Below are positions 1 through 6,037 of a DNA stretch of 6,037 bases, piece after piece. The notes under the pieces are model-generated. The model saw nothing but the letters and a program-made list of their open reading frames with translations, searched no databases and was not told where the DNA came from. Made by a program: the position numbers and the translations under genes. The DNA comes from Prasinococcaceae sp. CCMP 1430 (lineage: Eukaryota; Plantae; Prasinodermophyta), in contig RQSC01000062.1 in assembly GCA_013416795.1 (NCBI GenBank), forward strand, positions 187,002-193,038. The letters run 5' to 3'. Numbering within the stretch: the stretch's first letter is position 1; every line of letters starts with the position of its first letter.

Positions 1-1986
1 GCGGGTCCGGGCGCCGCGCGCGCGGACGCGCCGCCGACGGCGAAGGCGTCGCGCAAGCGGCGCAGCACGTTGCGTAAGCTTGGCTCGTGGATGCTTGGCT
101 TCAAGGACGAGTGGACGGGCGAGGAGGAGGGCGACGCCGAGGAGGCGGGCGGCGTGCCAAAAGCGGGGGAAGGCTTCACCCTCCACCCGCAGTCAGCGCT
201 GCGCAAGTCGTGGGACTTGAACACGCTGGCCGTGCTTGTGTACCTGTCCATCTCGCTGCCCTTCCGCATCGCCTTCGGCGTCGAGCAGACCGCCGCGTGG
301 GACGCCACCGACTACCTCATCGACGCGCTGTTCTTCGCGGACATTGTCCTCAACTGCTTCACGGGCTACTACCAGGACGACGTGCTCGTGATGGACAGAA
401 GCAGCATCGTCAAAAACTACGCCAAGCTGTGGCTGTGGATCGACCTGGTGGCCACGCTGCCGTGGGATGACATGGTCCTCTCGGACGACGGGGACACGCG
501 GGCGGCATCGACGGCGGACACGGACGACGGCGGCCTCGACTCCGCGGACAGCGCGCGCGCTCTGCAGGGTCTCAAGCTGCTGCGGCTGGTGCGCCTGCTG
601 CGCCTCGTGCGCATGAGCCGCATCCTGGGGCGGCAGACGCTGTGGGCCAACATGCGCTACAGCGTGCGCTCCATCATCAAGTTCTTCGCCATCCTGCTGG
701 TGGTGGCGCACTGGCTGGCGTGCATGTGGTTCATGATCGCCAACCTCGAGGGCTTTGGTGAGGACGCATGGACGCGCGCGAGCGCGCCTGTTGGCGAGGA
801 CTACGCGCTGGGCACGCTGGGCTATAGGTACGTGGTCAGCGTGTACTGGGCCATCACCACCATGACAACCATCGGCTACGGCGACATCGTGCCAAACACC
901 ACCGAGGAGCGCCTCTTCTGCATCGTGTGCATGCTCATGGGCTCCGCGACCTATACCTACGGCATCACGCAGATCGTCAAACTCCTCGCCAACCTGGACG
1001 TGGCCGAGGTCAGGTACCGCAGGCAGATGGACGAGCTCAACGAGTACATGGAGCTGCGCAGCCTACCGCACGCCCTCAGGCACCGCGTGAGGGAGTACTA
1101 CGAGTTCCGCAAGCACCACTCGGGGTACTTCTTCAAGGAGACAGACATCATGGCGGATCTGCCGGTCAGCCTGAGGGAGGAGCTTTCCGTCTCCATCAAC
1201 ACCAAATTCAGAGACAGGCTGGTCTCCTTCCCGCTCTTCAACGGCCTCGAGGAGGCCTTCCTCAACAGTCTCATGACGCGCGTGCGCTTCGCGGCGTTTC
1301 CGCCTGACGAGCCCATCGTCTATGAGGGGGAGAAGTGCTGGAGCATGTACTTCGTCAACAGGGGCCGGCTGGAAATCACAAAGAAGGGCACTCCGGGCGT
1401 GCTGCGCGTGGTGACCGAGGGCGAGTACTTCGGCGAGATTGCGCTGTATCACAGCCGAAGCCGCCGCGCGGAGACGGTGACCACCGTGTCGTACTGCGAG
1501 CTCTGCTCGCTGCGGCGGGTCGACGTCGAGGACACGCTGAGCTCGCACCCTCACATCATCGGCGCCATCCGTGGCAGGGCGGAGATGCTTTTCAGGAAGG
1601 AATCGGACAAGGCGCCGCCCGCCGCCATGGGGAGCGCGGCGGGCGCCCCCGATGCGCAGGGCACGGTGGCGGCGGCGGCCCCCGCGGCGGGCGCGGAGCC
1701 AGGCACGCAAGGCCTTGGCGGCGGCAGAGGCGGCGGCTACGACAGCGGCACCAGCACGCCACGCACGAGCGCCGCAGGTCTTCTGAGGATTGGCTCGCTC
1801 CTTTCGCGAGATCGCAGCCGCGAAGGCGCCGAGCCCGCCGCCACGATGGTGAACCTTCTGATGGACCGCGTGACTTCGCTCGAGGCTGCTGTGGACAAGC
1901 TGCGCGCGGACGCGACCAACGCCGCGACCACGGCGGCAAATCCCACCGACGCCGCTGACTACAGGCCCTCCAGGCTCTCGCAGTGA
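1..1986 (+). CDS. Cyclic-nucleotide-binding-domain (CNBD) voltage-gated K+ channel, HCN/KCNH/CNGK superfamily; possibly 5'-partial (frame open from base 1, first in-window ATG at 91)
   Basis: Pre-S1 motif [14 protein letters not shown]; S1-S3 hydrophobic segments (…[17 protein letters not shown], …[11 protein letters not shown]); S4 [16 protein letters not shown] (574-621); S5 ending AHWLAC; pore [14 protein letters not shown] (filter TTIGYGD 865-885); S6; C-linker; CNBD with FGEIAL…RRAETV (1429-1479); stop TGA 1984-1986. The ORF-track start at 70 is a TTG (Leu), and bases 1-69 continue in frame without a stop. Confidence 0.93.
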   Translation, partial: AGPGAARADAPPTAKASRKRRSTLRKLGSWMLGFKDEWTGEEEGDAEEAGGVPKAGEGFTLHPQSALRKSWDLNTLAVLVYLSISLPFRIAFGVEQTAAWDATDYLIDALFFADIVLNCFTGYYQDDVLVMDRSSIVKNYAKLWLWIDLVATLPWDDMVLSDDGDTRAASTADTDDGGLDSADSARALQGLKLLRLVRLLRLVRMSRILGRQTLWANMRYSVRSIIKFFAILLVVAHWLACMWFMIANLEGFGEDAWTRASAPVGEDYALGTLGYRYVVSVYWAITTMTTIGYGDIVPNTTEERLFCIVCMLMGSATYTYGITQIVKLLANLDVAEVRYRRQMDELNEYMELRSLPHALRHRVREYYEFRKHHSGYFFKETDIMADLPVSLREELSVSINTKFRDRLVSFPLFNGLEEAFLNSLMTRVRFAAFPPDEPIVYEGEKCWSMYFVNRGRLEITKKGTPGVLRVVTEGEYFGEIALYHSRSRRAETVTTVSYCELCSLRRVDVEDTLSSHPHIIGAIRGRAEMLFRKESDKAPPAAMGSAAGAPDAQGTVAAAAPAAGAEPGTQGLGGGRGGGYDSGTSTPRTSAAGLLRIGSLLSRDRSREGAEPAATMVNLLMDRVTSLEAAVDKLRADATNAATTAANPTDAADYRPSRLSQ

Positions 1987-2019
1987 GGCGCGCGCGTCTC
2001 GCACCAGCGCGGGGGCGGC

Positions 2020-2050
2020 ATGTACGATATGGAATGCGTAATAACAGCTA
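2020..2050. terminator. AT-rich island in the convergent intergenic spacer; putative shared 3'-end/polyadenylation signal region
   Basis: 20 of 31 bases are A/T in GC-rich surroundings. It contains CGTAA (+, 2037-41), AATAAC (+, 2040-45) and TGTTA (-, 2046-42), each one mismatch from TGTAA or AATAAA. There is no perfect signal. Confidence 0.4.
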
Positions 2051-2140
2051 GAGGGGCGCCGGCGCCACCTTGCACCTTCGGTGGCCGGATACGGCGCGCG
2101 GCGCTCGCCGCGCGCGCGCCCGCCCCTCCAGAGACGATGA

Positions 2141-3869
2141 TTATTGCCCCGCCGCGAGGCCAGCGGCGCTCGCCTCGGCAGCGCTCGCGAAGTACTCCTC
2201 GCCCTTGCGCAGGCACACCTCCGCGCCGTCGACCGTCAGGCGCACGTCCGCCTGCCCCTGCACCGTCGAGATTTTGAGCCCCTCGAGATAGGCGCGCGTG
2301 CCCGCCGCGCGCTGCGCGTCGCCGCCGGCGGCCTTGAGCAGCTTGGCGGCGTCGCAGACGACGGTGGGGCGCGCGAGCACCAGGTCGAAGCCGAGCGCGC
2401 CGTCGCTCACCGTGCACGCGTCGCGGCCGAGCACCACCGCGGCGGGCGACATGGCGGCGCCCAGGAGCAACGGCGAGCCCAGCGCCGTCCGGATGCCTCC
2501 CTCGTGCGCGGCCACCGCCTTGGCCAGCACGCCCGCGGCCTCGGCCTTCGGGGTGTAGAAAATCTCCACGGCGTCGGACAGCTGCAGGCCCGAGCTCTTC
2601 CTCAGCTGCTGCGCGCGGTTGATCAGCTCGCGCGCGATGCCCTCCATGGTGAGCGACTCGTCCTGCTCGAGCGAGAGCACCACCAGCACGTCGCCGTCGC
2701 CCATGGCGTCGAACGCGCCCGCGTCGTCGCCCTCGGGCGCCTTGAAGTCGCGCACGACCTTGAGGTCGCCCGCCCCGAGCGCGAAGCCCTCCACCTCGAG
2801 CGCCTCGCCGGCCTCGAAGGCCAGGATCTGCTCCTGCGTGAGCGCCTCCACGGCCTTCTTGATCGCGGGCATCTTCTTGCCCACGCGCCGGCCGAGCGCC
2901 GAGAACTCGGGCACCGCGCGCAGCTTGCAGTACCGCAGCGCGTCCGCGCAGCCCTCGATGTCGCGCACGGCGAGCTCCTCGCGCAGGTAGCCCCCCAGCA
3001 CCCCCGTCACGTCGTCGAGGAAGGCCTGGTCGGGGTGCACCACCACCATGCGCGCCAGCGGCCGGCTCTTGATGGGCAGGTTGTGCTTCTCGCGCAGCAT
3101 GCGCGCCTGCACCATCACCTGCATCATGCGCGCCACGCTGCTCTCGAGCACGGGGTCGGTGGGCTTGCCGCTCTGGCTGGGGAAGTCCTCGAAGTGCACG
3201 CTGCCCAGCGCCTCGCCCTCGGGGAGCAGCCCGGCCAGGTTGAGGTACATGTTCTCCACGAAGAAGGGCGTGAAGGGCGCCATGATCTTGGTGAGCGCGA
3301 ACACCACCTGGAAGAGCACCGACACGGCGCTGCGCGCCTCGGCCTCGCCGCCCTCGCCCTGGCCCTTGAGGCGCTTGCGGTTGAAGCGCACGTAGACGTT
3401 GGTGAGGCCGTCGATGAACTGCAGCAGGCGCGGCACCACCGTGTAGAGGCGGTAGCCCTCCATCTCGGCGCGCACGAAGCCGATGAGCGAGTCCAGGCTC
3501 GACAGGATCCAGCGGTCGAGCGGGTTGGCCGACGCCTGCGCGAGCGCCGCGTCGGGCCTGAAGCCCGCGCCCAGGCGCTCCGCGCTCTGCGCGAAGAAGC
3601 GGTACGCGTTGTACCACGGCAGGAAGACGTCCTTGACCACCGAGAAGACGCCCTCCTTCTTGAAGCGCATGGGCTCGGCGCGCACCACGGGCGAGTTGAT
3701 CAGGTACACGCGCAGCGCGTCGGCGCCGTGCGCGTCGACGACCTCCTGGGGCGGCGGGTAGTTCTTGAGGCGCTTGGACATCTTCTTGCCGTCGGCGGCG
3801 AGCACCAGGCCGTTGCAGATGAGGTTCTTGAACGCCGGCTTGCCGAAGAGCGCCGTGGAGAGCACCATG

Positions 3870-3900
<31 letters not shown>

Positions 3901-5112
3901 GGCCCTCGGCGATGAAGTCCGCGGGGAAGTTGCCCTCGAAGCGCTCCTTGTTCTCGAAGGGGTAGTGCAGGTACGCGTAGGGCATCGAGCCCGACTCGAA
4001 CCAGCAGTCGAAGACCTCCTCCACGCGCCGCAGCGGCGGGTTGCCCGGCGTCTTGGAGGGGATCTCGAGGTCGTCGATGAAGTGGCGGTGGATGTCGGTG
4101 ATCTTCTTGCCGGTGAGCTCCTCGAGCTCGGCGATGGAGCCGACCACGCGGATCTCCGAGCCGTCCTCGCTCGACCAGATGGGGATGGGCGTGCCCCAGT
4201 AGCGGTTGCGCGACACCGCCCAGTCGCGCGCGTTCTCCAGCCAGTTGCGGAAGCGCTTCTCCTGCACGTAGCCCGGCACCCAGTGGGTCTGCTCGTTGCA
4301 CGCGAGCAGCTTCTCCTTGATGGACTCGACGCCCACGAACCACGAGGGCACCGCGCGGTAGATGAGCGGCGTGTCGGAGCGCCAGCAGAAGGGGTAGGAG
4401 TGCACCAGCCGGTTGTTCGACACGAGCCGCCCGGCCTGCTTGAGCGCCTCGATGATGGGCTTGTCGGCCTCCTTGACGTGCTGCCCCTCGAAGTCGGGCA
4501 CCTCCGCGGTGTAGCAGCCGTCGTCGTTGACGGGGCAGGGCACCTCGCCGCCCTTGGCGATGACCCCGAACTTGATGCACACGCGGTAGTCGTCCTCGCC
4601 GAAGGCCGGCGCCTGGTGCACGATGCCCGTGCCGCTGTCGTCCGTCACGTAGGCGTCCGAGACCACCGTGAAGGCCTTCTTGGCGCCGGCCTCCCGGAGG
4701 TGCGCGAAGTACGGGAAGAGCGGCTCGTAGCGCGCGCCCACGAGCTCGGCGCCCTTCTGCTCGCGCAGCACCTCGTAGCCGCCGTCGGGGTTCTTCTTGT
4801 TCTTGACGGCGCCCGGCAGCTCGGCCACGCGCGCCTTGGCCACCACGAAGACCTTGCCGGTGGGCTTGAGCCTGACCGTGACGTAGTCGAAGTCGGGGTG
4901 CACGCACAGCGCGATGTTGGAGGGCAGCGTCCACGGCGTGGTCGTCCACGCCACCAGCGCCGCGCCGTGCTCGTCGTTTTGGATGGGGAAGCTGACGATC
5001 ACCGCCGGGTCGGACACGTCCTTGTAGTTGAGGCCCGCCTCGAAGTTGGACAGCGGGGTGCCGCAGCGCGTCGAGAACGGCATGACCTCTGTTTGTTGTT
5101 GTGGTTGTTTTT

Positions 5113-5171
<59 letters not shown>

Positions 5172-5942
5172 GGGTGGGGGTGGGGGGGTCGGTGTTTGTG
5201 CGGGGTGTTGGGTGTGTGTTGGAGGGGGGGGAGGTTTGTGTGTGCGGGTGTGTGTGTGCGAATGTGCGGGTGTGTGATAATGTGGTGTTGGTGGGATGGT
5301 GGGGTTGGGGGCGGTCAGCGCGCGTCGACCGGCAGGGCGAGAGAGAGGGGAGCAGCGCGAAGCGCGCGCTGCCTCGGGCGCTGCGGGCGCCGACGCCGCG
5401 CGCCACGCACTGAAGCCGCGGTACACCAGGCCCTTCTCGTGCAGCTGCTTGAAGACCCACCAGACGCTCTCCATGAAGGTGGGGTCGAGCGTCTTGTAGT
5501 CGTTCTCGAAATCGATCCAGCGGCCGACGCGCGTGATCTGCTGCTCCCACTCCTTGGAGTAGCGCATGACGATCGAGCGGCACTCCTCGTTGTAGTTGGC
5601 GAGGCCGAACTTCATCACGTCGTCCTTCGACTTGATGCCGAGCTTCTGGTCGATCTCGTACTCCACGGGCAGGCCGTGGCAGTCCCAGCCGAAGCGGCGC
5701 ACCACGTGGCGGCCGTTCATGCTCCAGTAGCGCGTGACGATGTCTTTGATGGTGCCCGCGAGGATGTGCCCGTAGTGGGGCAGGCCCGTCGCGAACGGCG
5801 GCCCGTCGTAGAAGACGTACTCGGGCTTGCCCTCGGTGCGCCGCACCGACTCGCGGAACGCGTCCGTCTCCTGCCAGCGGCGCAGCACCGCCTCCTCCTC
5901 CGCGGGGAACGCGAAGTCCTTGCCATCCTTGACCGCCTCCAT
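2141..5942 (-). CDS. IARS1: Isoleucyl-tRNA synthetase (ileS/IleRS), cytosolic eukaryotic type; two exons join(complement 5411..5942, 2141..5088), 3480 nt, 1159 aa
   Basis: Class Ia motifs: [13 protein letters not shown] (HIGH), [10 protein letters not shown]1 editing [11 protein letters not shown] and [54 protein letters not shown] (KMSKS). Splicing 5411 to 5088 rebuilds the conserved YRGF-K-V-MPFS junction (TTC A|AG GTC ATG). ATG at 5942 with G at -3 and +4; TAA at 2143-2141. No bacterial IleRS1-type C-terminal Zn cluster is visible. Confidence 0.97.
5114..5168. repeat. Perfect (TG)27/(CA)27 dinucleotide microsatellite inside the intron
   Basis: Uninterrupted TG alternation at 5115-5168, plus G5114, read directly. 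Confidence 0.97.
5169..5313. repeat. Degenerate G/T-rich (C/A-rich on the mRNA strand) low-complexity tract with G-runs and a 14-bp direct repeat
   Basis: G-runs at 5170-74, 5176-80, 5182-88, 5202-05 and 5224-31. TGTGCGGGTGTGTG occurs at 5241-5254 and 5263-5276. Confidence 0.85.
5314..5319 (-). promoter_or_regulatory. Candidate branch-point motif GCTGAC (branch A at 5315)
   Basis: Matches the CTRAC branch consensus, and no AG lies between it and the acceptor. An alternative yUnAy candidate, CTCAC, is at 5170-5166. Confidence 0.55.
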
Positions 5943-6037
5943 CGCGCGCCCCTGCTGCGCGCGGCGGGGCGACGCGCGTGCGGTGGGGCGCGGCGTGTGG
6001 AACCCCCTCGCCGGCGCGCGGGGGGGGGCTCGCGCCG

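Larger units (their letters stand above)
5089..5410 (-). other. Spliceosomal intron, 322 nt, phase 1, GTGCGT…CAG
   Basis: Donor GTGCGT at 5410-5405 and acceptor AAACAG ending at 5089. Removal restores the frame and the conserved K-V residues. The content is low-complexity and non-coding. Confidence 0.95.

Noticed and set aside
2055-2115. 12-bp palindrome GGCGCCGGCGCC (2055-2066), 9-bp GC hairpin (2094-2115) and a CTTCGG near 2076 as terminator or UUCG structures
   Set aside because: All-GC stems are common by chance in this composition. No U-tract follows, and the CTTCGG lacks a supporting stem in the tetraloop register.
87-2291. Overlapping small and medium ORFs on both strands around the channel (e.g. 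87-470, 193-711, 1063-2004, 1335-1958, 2020-2277, 2070-2291)
   Set aside because: They are Arg/Ala/Gly/Pro-rich shadow frames with no recognisable motifs, as expected in high-GC coding DNA.
5090-5313. Interstitial telomere or chromosome-healing site (TG1-3-like look)
   Set aside because: There are no TTTAGGG, TTTTAGGG or TTAGGG units. It is better explained as a decayed CA microsatellite within an intron.
5089-5410. Introner element, MITE or intronic snoRNA
   Set aside because: No terminal inverted repeats or target-site duplication are visible, and there is no C box (RTGATGA) to pair with the CTGA. Copy number elsewhere cannot be tested from this window.
2144-5413. 1089-aa antisense ORF in exact codon register with a class I aaRS, reminiscent of Rodin-Ohno sense/antisense coding of class I and II synthetases
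   Set aside because: An in-register antisense frame stays open whenever TTA, CTA and TCA are unused, which follows from ~98% GC3. It starts at TTG, runs through the microsatellite, and shows no class II motifs that I can recognise.
1959-5942. 1327-aa ORF as a real protein or programmed frameshift
   Set aside because: It is exon 1 plus the unspliced intron plus a shifted exon-2 frame. Canonical GT-AG splicing explains the break and restores conserved residues. Only its surveillance implication is kept as a finding.
2141-6037. Bacterial ileS2/mupA mupirocin-resistance locus or T-box-regulated ileS
   Set aside because: The spliceosomal intron, plant-like termini, and lack of a Shine-Dalgarno or T-box leader indicate a native eukaryotic cytosolic gene. 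The HIGH motif is the canonical HYGH.

Overview
Very GC-rich (roughly 70% by eye), gene-dense eukaryotic DNA, most likely from a green alga. That assignment is an inference from the plant-like IleRS termini, a GTGCGT donor and a GCTGAC branch motif. Two genes lie tail to tail, 154 bp apart. (1) On +, an intronless 6TM voltage-gated K+ channel with C-linker and cyclic-nucleotide-binding domain; its frame is open from base 1 to the stop at 1986. (2) On -, a cytosolic (eukaryote-type) isoleucyl-tRNA synthetase, join(5942..5411, 5088..2141), 1159 aa. It has one 322-nt GT-AG intron that contains a (CA)27 microsatellite and a ~224-nt AG-free, almost purely C/A tract. The two very long extra ORFs in the track are by-products of extreme GC3 bias. 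No mobile element, RNA gene or CRISPR array is supported. I see no clear new multi-gene system. The best leads are: a possible in-frame mitochondrial presequence upstream of the IleRS ATG; the unusual intron architecture, including stop-free intron retention; and an HCN-like voltage sensor joined to a strict K+ filter and a non-canonical CNBD.
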